A stretch of 64,000 nt of DNA from NCBI GenBank assembly GCA_051294375.1, contig CM119265.1, positions 9,868,339 through 9,932,338 of the forward strand. Direction: 5' to 3'. This document shows, piece by piece, positions 50,996-63,968 of the stretch. Position numbers and translations under genes: made by a program. The DNA is from Paraspadella gotoi (taxonomy: Eukaryota > Animalia > Chaetognatha). Position 1 is the stretch's first letter. The number at the start of each line of letters is the position of its first letter. The notes beneath the pieces were generated by a model. It was given only the letters and a program-made list of their open reading frames with translations. It was not told the origin of the DNA and ran no database searches.

Positions 50996-52415
50996 AAAGT
51001 TTGAGCAAACGAATGTGTCGGATTCTCCCTTAGCGATAATTAATTAAGTTAATCAAATAATTTAATTAAATTAATTGAATTTTAATATGGTAATAATTAA
51101 TTTAAATTTATATTCAACTTATCATCATCGATGTCCTTTAAAATTGGCGTTTTAGGAGCCAGTTATTAAATATGTTTTGTTTACATTTTTATCAAACAAA
51201 CAAATATTCCTCTATTTTTTATTTTATGTCTCTCTGCTTTCTCTCTCTTCACTCTCCTCTCTCTCTTTCTCTCTCTCTCTTCTCTCTTTTTATACAGTTG
51301 CGACGATACCTTCCTCTGTATGCCTTTTAAGATTTTTTTTTAACTTGCATCATTTTTCTCACATTAACTTATTGAATTAATTACATTAATTGAAGAAACA
51401 TTTATTAGGAGATCATTAATAAATTAAAGATGTCTAAGTTGTTTTCCATCTAAACTCATTTTCCACTGGCCACAATTTCGCCGCTGCAAAACGTAGATAA
51501 TTCATTATTATCTGTATTTAATACAATGATTAAAGCCTTCAGCCTGCAACTACTCCAATGAACTAATTGCAAAAAGTACATTACAACATCGATTGAGTTA
51601 GTAAAAGGAAAAAAAATCTTTTTAAGAGAACTAGAGTTATTAAAAAGTGTTTCATATTTTGGGCCCCAGCCTTACTAGTGATATGATTAGGCCGCGAGAC
51701 AGTTGAAAACTAAAAGTTTTTTATGAAAATCTGTTTGCCTTTTATCAATTTTGTTATAGATCTCTCGATAGACGCTTTAAGTTAGATTAATGGTTATTAA
51801 TACAACTTTTGTCTTAACGAATTTTTTATGTTTTCTACTGTTAATAAAAAAATATTCAAAAAATAAAATTCCACGTTGCCAATAATCGCATGATGATCGT
51901 ATGATTTTTTAAGCGTTTTCTCTATTTTTAACCTACATTATTGCGTAAAAATTATGGAAAAAAATTATACACCGGGCACGACGTACAGCGTAACATTTCA
52001 TTTACTTTTTAAGCTCTACCAAAAGAACCCGTTCTCTTAAAAAAAATCACGATATTTTAACAATTTTTTTTTGTCATTTGTGGGTCTATATATTAACAAA
52101 TATTTAAAGCTTCAGTGTGCAACAAGAGTCGCCCCAATGATTGAACTAATTATTACCACAAAACAGGATCCTCAAGTAAATGTGACTTCATATTTTTTTC
52201 ATTTAAACTCAGCTTCTCCCACTCGTACATTCCACCGAAACATTTATATCTCTCAAAGCATCGTTACAACATTTTTCTACCCACAGCAAAAAATTTGAAC
52301 TCAATCTATCCCATCCAATTCGGGACTCGATTAACTTAGTCGCGGCCAGTACTTATGTGGTAAAATAACCGTAAAAATATTTTTAGTAAATGCAGACTTA
52401 TCGCTTTTTCCATTT
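50996..52415 (-). mobile_element. Internally deleted, degraded or low-accuracy copy of the same HINE family
   Basis: Starts AAGTTTGAGCAAAC..TGTCGGAT (3' hairpin plus subTIR) and matches 43441-43655. It then jumps to sequence matching ~45470-45630 and the tandem units (51440, 52170-52415). The 5' end is not seen. Confidence 0.7.
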
Positions 52416-52959
52416 GTACATCCGTCTTAATCTTACTTACCACTCACCCGTATGCGTAATTGCTCACCGTCGCCGACCGGCGTGTCCTGAAAGCTTCGAG
52501 GAATATACTCCTCACGATGTCGTTCTGCACTACGCTCATCACATATACTTTATCGCCTCTGCTCGATTCCCCGCACGCCGCAACCATATCGCGACGGACT
52601 CTGGTTACCAGAAAGTCCAGAGTCACACGCAGCATGTGGATCTAGTTGTCTTCAGAGCTATTATCTGTGCGTAGTGGGCACGCACCGCACTCTGCGGTAA
52701 GCTGCATCTCCGCCAGCCTACTGACACTGCGACAGGGCGTCCGTCTCCTGATGTATATCGTCCTCCCTATACTGTATAACTTCATCTCGAGCGATGATAT
52801 GATATCATATATATATACGCAGCGACATCTGTCATGCCATATGCGCGAGCTCCGTCACACAATCGTAGACGATATGGCTCTTCCTACAGCTACACTATCC
52901 TCAGATATTCTACACGCTGCGACGTCTTTAACTTCTCTCGTTCAGAATGATTTAACTAT

Positions 52960-53660
52960 AAACTGTCTCTCACTCTCTCTTTCTTACCCTTCGTTTTTCT
53001 CCCCTTTAATTTCCCGCTGCTCATTTGTTCGCCTCACCCGTCCTTCCCTGATCGGCGCCTTCCATCGCAGGTGAGTTTTTGATCGATTGAGGGAAAAAAA
53101 GTCTCTTTTGTTCTTTTGTTCTTTTTCTTTCCTTTTTTATTTTGATTCACTGTGAAGAATTATTAATCATCGAGTCGTAAGAATATGAAGGCTTACTAAT
53201 AAAAATGGATCGTGAGAGAGANNNNNNNNNNNNNNNNNNNNNNNNNGTCCCCTTACTTCCTTTCCTTTCCCATTTCCTTCCCATCTCCCTTTCCTTACCT
53301 TCTTTACTCCCTACCTTTCCTTATTCCCATTCGTTTTTTTCTGCCCCTTATATTTCCCGCTATTTGCTCATTTGTGTCGCTCACCCGTCCTTCCCTGATC
53401 GGCGTCCTTTCCATCGCAGGGGATTTGTGTTGTTTCTTTTTTTGACTCGATTGACCATGGGGGGGCATAAAAAGTCTCCTGTTCTTCTTGCTGTTCTTGG
53501 TAGCACCGTTTTACTTGTTCTAAGCTTTCTTCCTTTTTTTTGTATGATTGCTACTGTTGAAGAATTATTGAATCTATCGTTCTGTATCCGACAACCGGAT
53601 GGTTTTCGTAAGAAGTTTATTCGGAAAGGGATCTGGTGGGCTTACTTAATATAATGCATG
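52960..53660 (+). repeat. Tandem duplication across the 25-N gap at 53222-53246
   Basis: CTCACCCGTCCTTCCCTGATCGGCG..TTCCATCGCAGG..AAAAGTCTC..GAAGAATT..TCGTAAGAA occurs on both sides of the gap. Confidence 0.75.
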
Positions 53661-54965
53661 ATCTCGGATCCTGTGGAGCTAGAGAGGAGGAGAGATGACG
53701 AGAGATGAGAGAGAGAGAGAGAGATGGGAGAGAGAGGACTCCAGAGACGAGGTCTGGAGACCGAGAGAGCAGGAGGGAGGGGAACTTTTAGTTTTATCGT
53801 ATTAAAAATTCTTTGTTTTCTCGTGAATTCTCAAATTTTCACTCTTTGACTCTCACTAGTCGTTTGTTAAAAATATTCCCAACTTCTAGAGAAACTACAT
53901 ATAAACATTCTGACGTGCATTAGTTAAATTTATTAGTACCTTTTTTAAGTTCGTTCCAACATTCATTCTCTCATTATCCGTCGCAAATCGTCTTTTTCGT
54001 CTAAGTTCCGCATGGTCTTAGTCGTCGTCGTCGTCGTCGTCGTCATCGTCATCGGCCTCATAGTCATCGTCGTCTTAGTCGTTTCCTGATTCGAATCGGC
54101 GCCATTTTGAGGCGTCACGCGCGACCGAACGACGACGTCTTCGCGGCGTCATTTTAACGTCATTTCGGTCCGAGTTTTGAAGTCATAAGTGACGAACGAA
54201 ATATTTTTTTTCTAATTCGTTTTTAAAACGAAATTACTCTACTCTTCCTCCTCCTCCTCCTCCTCCTCCTCCTCCTCTTCTTTTCTTCATCATCTTAATG
54301 TTTTCTTGTATTAGTTCGATGAAATGTTTAAAACATTTCATATAAACCTTGCTAAACTATCAAAAAGTATAAATTAATTTTGGTTAATTTTGGCCTTCGA
54401 ACTATATTTCAATCAGTATTAGACATTCAACCAGCACTACGAACTGCAATCCAGCCGAGACAGCTTTCGCTAGAATTCCCTCGCTTTCCGTAAGGGCCCC
54501 CCCCTCCCATCGTTTGCTCGAAAATTTACAAAAAGAGTTGAAAAACGGAGAGAAGAAAAGAAAAAGAAATAAGAACAAATAACTAGCAAAAAAAGAATAA
54601 AATGAGATAGGAAGAGAAGAAAAAGCATAAAAAATATAATAAAAGTAGAGATCCAAAGAGAAAAAATAAGAAATCGAAGTCGAAAAAAGGAAAAAAGAAT
54701 AAGGTACTTTTTAGGCGGAGGAGAGAAATTCCCCTATCTCAGCGCCTATTTTCTCGCACGTTCAAATGGCAGAGAGAGAGAGAAAAGAGGAGAGAAGAGA
54801 GAGAGAGACGAGAGAGAGAGAGAAGAGAGAGAAGAGAGAGAGAGAGAAGAAGAGAGAGAGAGAGGAAGAGAGAGAGTGAGAAAGAAGAGAGGAAGAGAGA
54901 AAAGAGAGAAGATTACTATTTTGTCAAAGACGAGAACAAGATATGTTTACTGCCTTTGGAGGACG

Positions 54966-54979
54966 GTTACCTTGGTAAC
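54966..54979. promoter_or_regulatory. RFX X-box-like palindrome GTTACC-TT-GGTAAC
   Basis: Matches the RFX consensus GTNRCC(N0-3)RGYAAC, with a CRE-like TGACGTCG ~15 bp downstream. Motif match only. Confidence 0.3.
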
Positions 54980-55191
54980 GACAAAAATGCGCGATGACGT
55001 CGTTTGGCATTGAGTTTATGCGCTCGTTCTCTCTCTCTCTCTCACTCTCTCTCTCTCTCTCTCTTTCAAAGTAAACATATGGAGCATAAGACATCACATT
55101 CTATTTCAATGCTCTATTTCTCAACTCAAAGTGCACCTAAAACAAGCGTCACTTTTATTTTTACATCATCACTAACATAAAGAGTTTTATC

Positions 55192-55229
<38 letters not shown>

Positions 55230-56189
55230 TCTGTTGACACGGTTTTCACGTAGCCCGAGGTGAAAATATTGAAGCTGGCGCCTCGTAACGCCCGTGGGAT
55301 AAAAGATCTACTCATAAACCATTCGGCCAAAGGGAGAGAGAAAGGGTTTAATAAAAGGAAAACCTATATGGCCTGAATATACATTTTTTTTTCGGCGAGG
55401 GGAGTTAGGCTGCAGCCCAGAGACGCGGCGGCGCTGGCGGCGGTGGCGGTAGAAAAAAGTATCTACCAACAAAATACGTAAAAGCCCAAATATCCGTGAT
55501 TTATTTATATTTCTTTAAAAACTTTTGAATTATACAGTCAAACACGCAACATTTTAAAGAATAAAAAATATACTATCTAAAATACAAGAATCTTTCATTT
55601 TCATCTTCTTCACACAGAAATATAAATATCTTGTCACAATAATTAAATAAGTTAATTTTAAATGAAATGAAATAAGAGAGATTGAGATAGCACACATACT
55701 AAAAGTAGAGAGAATTTAGTCATAAACTTAAGCATTACAGGGCTATTTTTTCTAGGCTCAGCTTTAAAAAAAATCGATATTGTTGATTATTGATTATTAA
55801 TAATGGAACAACCTGACTAAAACGTCAAAGTCAGGTTTGACTCTCATTTGGGTCAAAATTATGAAAATTTATAATTTACAATTTATGTATATGGACTATT
55901 ATTTTTTAATAAAAATATTTCACGTACTATTAGATATTTATTCAAGTAAAATTTACGAATATTCATCAAGTGGTTACAATGTTATTTTAAAGGTCCAAGA
56001 TCTCTGCTAAAGAAACATATCAAATTATATAATTACAAGAGTGAAGCGATTGAACAATGCTTTTTTGCTGTCTTTGTATATGTAATGAAAAATAACTGAG
56101 CCCCTTAAAAAAAAAATTGAATAACAGTATCATAAATTGAATTATAATTATTATAAATTTATAATATCCTTAAAAAATCCTAAAAGGAT

Positions 56190-56410
56190 ATTTCACTCCG
56201 TCGGTCCGTCGCTCCCCCCCCCCAAAAAAAAAGCTTGTCAGATCATCGCATTCTGATAAATTATGCAAAAATAATCGATGTCCGTCCGTCCGTCCATCCG
56301 TCCGTGTCTGTCCGTCCCACCTCAGCTTTGAACGTCGATGGGGCGATTGACCAAGTTTCGATGGAATCGTCCGAGAGGAAATGAGTTTAAGTGAAAAAAA
56401 CAAAAGTTAC
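56190..56410 (+). mobile_element. Partial HINE-family fragment (microsatellite block plus part of tandem unit)
   Basis: TCGGTCCGTCG...TTATGCAAAAA..ATGTCCGTCCGTCCGTCCATCCGTCCGTGTCTGTCCGTCCCACC...AAGTTTCGATGGAATCGTCCGAGAGGAAATGAGTTTAA matches 15240-15530. Confidence 0.75.
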
Positions 56411-56626
56411 AAAATTTTCTTGTTTTTTCTTTTATATAAATTTAAATGCATGTTGCAAAAACAACTACTACATTCATATCGGTCAACATACCCACAACTA
56501 CCACCACACCTACAACTACCACCACACCCACAACTACCACCACAACCACAACTACCACCACAACCACCACAACCACCATAAAAACCATAACGACCATAAC
56601 CTGTAATCCCTCCAAAATTGAAATAA

Positions 56627-56960
56627 CTACCACATAAAAAAATATAAATTAGAAATATTGGCAGTAAATTGTATTAAATAAAATTTTTGAGATTGCTGCT
56701 TACCACTAATGTGTTTGATAAAACCTACAACCAAAATAATATTTTTGCTGATTGGGACAACGGCGTGAAGACCCAAGGATTGGGAATGCATCCCTTTTTG
56801 TAAATAATACACAAAATGTTTCTCGTTAAAATTATAATCAAAGGGAGCAGGCAAGGAATAGATCAATTTGGCAATTGTGTTATCTTGATTCTGCGTCCAT
56901 ATAATATTTGAAATATCATGCAATATCAGATAAAGACAGCGGTAAAAACTCCAAATTTAG
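56627..56960 (-). CDS. Weak candidate coding fragment (unassigned)
   Basis: About 110 open codons in very AT-rich DNA with non-repetitive composition (LHDISNIIWTQNQDNTIAKLIYSLPAPFDYNFNEKHF...). No recognised domain. Confidence 0.2.
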
Positions 56961-57448
56961 TTTTTAACATAAAACGAAATTCCTCCTTGTAAACCAGACA
57001 TTTAACAAAGTATATTATGTTAATTATGAGCGGCAAAAACGATACATTAAATATAAGATAAAAATATTCTTTAACTTTACACAAAAAATATTAAAAAAAT
57101 GACACAAAAGAAAGATAGACTTGCATTTTTTTTACCTGAACTTTTTAAAAATAATGGGAATACATAACGTTGCCAAATGTAACATTTTTCAAACACGATT
57201 CACGCCTCCGAAGTTGCGGTTAAGACCGCAAACCCGTGAGAAAAAACATTTTATTTCCTTTCTTCTCATTTTTTTTCGTTAGTCTTTTTTTTGTTAATTT
57301 GCAATCTTGTCGGAGATTGCAGCGCCCCGCGCGGAGAATCGGAAAATGATGAACCAAAATAGACTCGCTTTGGCCAACGGCAAGGGAAGAAAAAGAGAAG
57401 AAAATGGGACGAGAGAGAGAGAGAAGAGGAGAGGAAGAGAGAGAAGAG

Positions 57449-57483
<35 letters not shown>

Positions 57484-58064
57484 GAAGAGAGAGAGAGAGA
57501 GAGAAGATCGTTAGAGGGGATATTTTAAGTACGTTACTATTTCAGGATTTAATGGTAAGGGTTGAAAACTTCTCTGGTTTTGGGCCTGATCAAAACATTT
57601 CATGGTTTTGGCCACAAAAAATTTCATTTCCTTTTCAATCTGTCTAAAATAATCTGAACATCTTTTAAAAATACTTAATTTATGAATGCATATGAAGATT
57701 ATGTAATGTAATGAAAAATTGCAAGATTACTTGTTTATGTTATGAATGAAATTGTCCGGCAAAAGGGACATTGGACATTGGACATTGGACAATGACTCAT
57801 CAGACCGTAAAAAATCCTCATGTTACCAAGTGATTTTACGGCTATGCCCTAATTTAATAGGGCACATATCTAAGATATATTTACATATTTAGATTTATCA
57901 TTTAACGCCAGGGGTAGGATACAGGGTGCCATTTCACAACTTACAAACGACGTATAGACCTGCTATTTGCCATTCGCCTACGGAAAAATAAAAACAATTT
58001 GCCATGGGCCTCTGCTGAAGGGAGTTTAGGGAAGCAATTTGATTCGATGGCAAATTGGGAGAGG

Positions 58065-58096
<32 letters not shown>

Positions 58097-58171
58097 GAGA
58101 GACAGAGAGAGAGAGACGCAAATTCGGAAAAAAGATTTACGCCGAATGTTTTGGCTCCATGAGGGACCTAA

Positions 58172-58202
<31 letters not shown>

Positions 58203-58226
58203 TCTCTCTCTCTCTCTCTTTCTCCT

Positions 58227-58275
<49 letters not shown>

Positions 58276-58276
58276 C

Positions 58277-58310
<34 letters not shown>

Positions 58311-60148
58311 TCCCCCCTCCCTCCGTTTCTCTCTCTCTACCTGTCTTTCTCCCTCGTTCCTTTCTCTCGGTTTAGTTGTTACCCATTGTTTGGACACTTC
58401 ATCGGCGGTGGCGCTCATGCAAAACAAAAGTCCGTCCACCATTTTCATTTTCCTCTTGACTGAGATTTGAAGGTAAGAAACCGTTACGTAAAAAATTAAG
58501 GATAAAAGCTACATATTACGGTAAGAAAAAAATATTAATTCAAAGTATTAAATTGGGGGTTAAAAATGGAAAAAAGAAAGTAAAAAAAAATACGAAGAGT
58601 GAGAATGGGAGGAACTCAAACGTTTGTTTACCTCGCGATTGCCATTTCTGACGATCGTAAGATTAGGTTTCGGCCATTTGCGGCTTATCTTTCACTTCCT
58701 CTTTTTCTTTTTTTTTATTTTTATATTCAACGCTTAGCAAAAGTAAAAGCTACTAAAAAATAATGAAATGTCAAGTAGTTTTTTTTATATTTTTGGTAGA
58801 TTATGTTACGTTGTTGTTTTTGTCTTGTTATGGCTTTTCTTTAATTATGGTTATTTGTTTTGAAGTTTTAGTTTTGTTGTTGTTTTTTTTTTAATAGTAT
58901 TTTGTTTCGTTGTTGTTTTCGTTTTGTTTTGGTCTCTGTTTTGAGATTTCTCCGACGCCCGCGAATTCTCGTTCCGTTTTCTCCTTTTCTCCGCTAAATT
59001 CTTTTCGCCGCCAAAATTGAGGCCAAAATTGGGAAAAGAAACGAGGGACGAAATGGTGACCAGAAATGGAGGCCTCTTACAGGCCAACTCGAATTGAGGC
59101 CCCCCTTAGGTTCTTTTTTGGTTTTTCTCTTTTTGAGAGAAATATTTTTTTGGTTGATTGGGAGAAAGGGTCAAAATGATGGAGAGAGGGAGAGAGATGG
59201 AGAGGGAGAGGGAGAGAGACGGAGAGGGAGAGGGAGAGAGAACGCCCAAATATGAAGTTTTGGTCTTTTTTTTTTCATTCTTTAGGATTAAATATCCGAT
59301 TTATTTTCAAAAGCTTTCACTTTAACATTTCGTTTCTTTTATCGTTTTATCGTTTTATCGTTTTATCTTTTTATCGTTTTAATTGTCAAATTGTTTCTTT
59401 TATTTCAGAAAAAATATTGTTTAATATTTTGTAATTATCAGATTGACAGAGAACTTTTAGCTTATATTTTTTCACCCGTGTCCCGAGGAATATTACTGAG
59501 CCTTAGAACAGAAAAGCTGCTGATAATAATTTGTTTTTTAATATAATTTTTTTTTCAAATAGTTTACTTTTTCATTTGATGGCGAGATTTCGGTTAGAGT
59601 GAATAACCGGAAGAGACAAAACGTCGTCAAAAATACGATTAAAATTGAAATTTTGACTATTTTTGTGTACATAAAAACTGATAAACCCAAAAATCTCTTG
59701 AATCAAACCGAGGCCTTCTAAAGATTTCAGTACTCGCGGCGCAACTAAAAACAAGCAAGGACCTCTGGACAGTCGAGGGTTCCTCTCGACTTATTTCAAG
59801 CTGTAAACGGCGGAAAATATATTATGAGTCAAAATGCCCACTATGACCCAAGTGGATTGTCTGATGTATTCATTCGAGGAAAAGTAGTCTTCATAACACG
59901 TCGTGATGTCCAATAGGTTCAAGAAAACGTTCCAAATAAGCAGCAATATTGAAATCATGTTCTCCACTCACCGCTTTTTGACACGAAATGATTTCAGTCA
60001 GGCTTACGTCACACAAAATCGAAGAGTTTTTATATTCAAAAAAATTATCCAATTAAAAATAACAATAAGCGTCAAGTAATTTTAAGAAACTAATTAAAAG
60101 TAAAATTTTAAATAAATTGGAATGAAGTCGGAAATTGAAAGTGGGAGG

Positions 60149-60285
60149 TTCTTCATGTTTTCTCGTTGACATCTTTGACATGACATTCTTTTGTCAGATG
60201 TCATGTTTTCTTCATGTCATGTTTTCTTCATGTTTTCTCGTTGACATCATGAAGTTATGACATTCTTTTGTCAGATGTCATTGTC
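60149..60285 (+). repeat. ~75-bp tandem duplication rich in TGACA/TGTCA
   Basis: TTCTTCATGTTTTCTCGTTGACATC...ATGACATTCTTTTGTCAGATGTCAT occurs twice. Confidence 0.75.
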
Positions 60286-60450
60286 CTTCCGCGTTTGTCA
60301 GATAACTAAGTCGTGGTTTTCGTAAAATAAGAAATCAAAAAAATTGATTGCGTAACGAGTGGTTATCTTGACATTGGGGAGTCATCGATAAGGTCATTCT
60401 TTTGACCTAAAGAGCTATGAAAACTGCAGGGGATAATTAAATACAATTTT

Positions 60451-60484
<34 letters not shown>

Positions 60485-60627
60485 CCGAAAAGATAATTAT
60501 AAACGAACAGCCATCGCTAACAGAAAGAGAGGAAGGCCGCCAAGTGATTGTCACGAACAAGTGATAAACAGAGAGATTAAAGTGAAGACCTTGAAGTAAC
60601 AAAGAAGGCAACAATTATGGGCGCCTA

Positions 60628-60681
<54 letters not shown>

Positions 60682-60854
60682 AGCAGTCTGGAGAGAAGAC
60701 GTCGGATATTCTAACGCAGGTTTGGTCGAACGTTTGTTTTGACGCGGTGCCAAAATTAAACACGATCGCGTTTGTTTATCCATTTTCTATGTTCTCTCTC
60801 TCTCTTTCTCTTTCTCTCTCACTCTCTCACTCTCTTTCTCTCTCTCTTCTCTCT

Positions 60855-60894
<40 letters not shown>

Positions 60895-60979
60895 CCCTTT
60901 CATTTCCTCCTTCTGTAGTTCTCTTTTTTTCCGTTTTGTAACGGGGCTTATCAGAGCTTTTCTGTTACATTTTTTACAT

Positions 60980-61227
60980 TCTTTTCATACAATTGAAACA
61001 TTCTTTGAAATATTTTCCACTTCATTGATAGGGAAGCCAGGTACTCTGGGAGTGAATAAACGAGACTGTGAGAGAGTCTTGATTGAAAGCTTGCAGGGAC
61101 CTGCTATGTCATTATCTTGTAAGAGTGATGGAGGCCTTAAACCACCAAAGCCTGTCCAAAGTCAGGGGCAAGATAGCTTATTTATTAAATGAATGGATAA
61201 TTTTTATATTGGTTGTACCAATTTCAT
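60980..61227 (+). mobile_element. ~250-bp dispersed repeat, full copy
   Basis: Near-identical to 62902-63150 but with different flanks. Begins TCTTTTCATACAATTG and ends ATTGGTTGTACCAATTTCAT. Confidence 0.85.
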
Positions 61228-62901
61228 TAAAAAATTTAAAGCGATAAGTAAATTATGAAAGTTAAAATGGTTTAAATAGGAAAACAAAGTAAAGAGATTA
61301 AATGGTATGAATGACAAGAAAGTTGCCTAATCTCCTTCTCTGTCATTTAACTTCTCTTTCTTAATTTCAATTTTTCCCTTTATTAACATTGTACAGTCGG
61401 CGTGCTAGTACTTTGATTTGCGATGGCAATCATCGTAATTGAAGTGATATAACTTATATTATATAACTTATATTATAAGAAGATATACAAAGAGTATCTA
61501 GTCGATTTTACTTTTTTTTTCAAAGCTAAATATGAGGGATTAATACATTCCTGGCGACCTACTATTTCATTTTCCATCCTTTGTTTAAAAAAAAACTGTA
61601 TAAATATATTTTATATTATAAATTAGTTTTTAGATTTGGCAGCGAGGCAATTATATTTTAAAATTTTGCTTTGCGAGTCAATCTGTCAACCTACTTGATT
61701 CTGACTTGATTCTGACTCTGAAGTTGACGTAATTCTTTGGCCAAAAAATAATTTGGAGAAGTAATCTCTCGGAGCGTGCAGCGAAATATCAACAAAATTT
61801 ACCTTATGTCAAAGTATATTTTTGTCCTTTCTTTCCTATTTTTTTTTGCATTAAAAATTATTATCCTTCTCATGATCTCTTTCTTTTTTTTCTTTTTTTT
61901 TGGCGCGCCTCTTTCCCTATCTACTTTTTAACTCTCTCTACTCATCCCCTTTTTTACCTCACTCAACTAAGCCTATCTTTTATCATCCTTTCTCCTCTTC
62001 TCCTTTTACCTCTCTCTACTCATCCTCTCTTTTCTCATCTCTACTCATCCCCTCTTTTTATCTTTTTAACTGGCTCTTCCGTACTTTTTCACATTATTCA
62101 TCTTCCGTGTTTTCGTTGCTTTCACGAGTAAAAAATGATAACAGAGAAAAATATTAAAAAAAAGGAAAAAACATATTTTTCTTCCTCAAAATTGAAATTG
62201 CGCTGAATATTTAAGTATCCACGATCGCATAAAAGTATAAATTAAAACAACAAACCCAATAAATAAAAATAAAAAAATCATAAAATTATCAATGTTTATT
62301 TCATAACTTGATTGTCCTAAATTTAATCCTCGCTTTCTAGCTGAAGCTGCATAACTTCTTTATTGTATAACAATTCATATATAATTATATATTTATATAG
62401 CAAAATCGATCTAGCATTAAAACATCATTCTATTTCGTCTATATATTCACCACTACATAAAAATAATATGAACCCTCCCAGCTTATTCCTTAAGGACGCC
62501 AAGAAGCCTTATTAAAGAGAAAACTAAGAAAACGGACCTGGGAAATTTATTTCTCTTTTTTCTCGTCGCTAAGTTATTGGCGTCTCGGTGGCCATTTTGG
62601 GGCCGAATGTCTTGGAACGAAAACGAGGCCATCTCTTTAATCTCGATGAGAAATAAAAATAAACAAACGACGGTCATCCATTGCTTATTGTTTTTTATGT
62701 TTTTTTGTTGTTTTTTTTTTCGTCGTTTTTGTCCGAGGTCGTACTTGTTCGCGAAGATTCTGATATCAAACGGCGCAAGTGGATGTTTAAACAAATTTGA
62801 TTTTCTCTCTAGATGTATATCTAACTCCTTGTAGCTCCTTGTATTTTGATGCTAGTGCGGAGTACAATAAGTATTCCCCGATCTAATACTTAAGGGAGTG
62901 G

Positions 62902-63150
62902 TCTTTTCATACAATTGAAACATTCTTTGAAATATTATACCACTTCATTGATAGGGAAGCCAGGTACTCTGGGAGTGAATAAACGAGACTGTGAGAGAGT
63001 CTTGATTGAAAGCTTGCAGGGACCTGCTATGTCATTATCTTGTAAGAGTGATGGAGGCCTTAAACCACCAAAGCCTGTCCAAAGTCAGGGGCAAGATAGC
63101 TTATTTATTAAATGAATGGATAATTTTTATATTGGTTGTACCAATTTCAT
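62902..63150 (+). mobile_element. ~250-bp dispersed repeat, full copy
   Basis: Near-identical to 60980-61227; the visible difference is TATTTTCCAC vs TATTATACCAC. 3' hairpin ATTGGT-TGT-ACCAAT at 63131-63145. Confidence 0.85.
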
Positions 63151-63274
63151 AAACAATTAAACATACAGCATATGACATTTCCTCCAGGGAAATTTCAAAT
63201 TTACTTACCGACTCAATTAGTCGCGACATCTCGTTGCCCAGTTACGGTTTTATAGTTTTAATTCCACTGGTTTT

Positions 63275-63352
<78 letters not shown>

Positions 63353-63702
63353 ATCTCTCCCATCTCTCCCTCTCGTGTCACCCTCGCAATATATGGAGTT
63401 TGTTTCTGATAAACAGCTGTGACGGGAAAGAACGAATATAAATAAAAACCGTGCGGATCACGTGATGATTCGTCGCGGGATATTTGATCACGTGATACAT
63501 TGACTGAAAATTCCAAAACAAATTTTAAATAAAATAAAATAAAGTAAATAAATGAATAAAATAAAATACAAAGTAAAAAAAAAAAGAAATTAATTCAAAA
63601 CAAATTTCCCCTTTTTTTTCCGGAGGAAATTGAGTGTAAAAGAAAAATCGGACGAAAACCCAGTTGGCGAAATCGGTTCAAAGACGCCTTATTGCACTCT
63701 CT

Positions 63703-63773
<71 letters not shown>

Positions 63774-63877
63774 CTCTTTTTTTTTTCTCCCGCTGTCCCT
63801 CACTCCGTCTCATCCACATCCCTTGTTCGCGTTTGGCTCTAATTAGAAATTCAAACCAAAGCTTTTTAAACTTCAAG

Positions 63878-63968
<91 letters not shown>

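Noticed and set aside
58376-58472. Coding exon bounded by TTTAG and AG|GTAAG
   Set aside because: All three frames hit a stop before the donor; it could at most be a non-coding exon.
61060-61105. Hammerhead ribozyme (retrozyme/Penelope) in the 250-bp repeat: CTGTGAGAGAGTCTTGATTGAAAGCTTG
   Set aside because: GAAAGCTT and a weak stem II are present, but the CUGANGA core is not intact and I find no stem I pairing. An Infernal search with hammerhead models would settle it.
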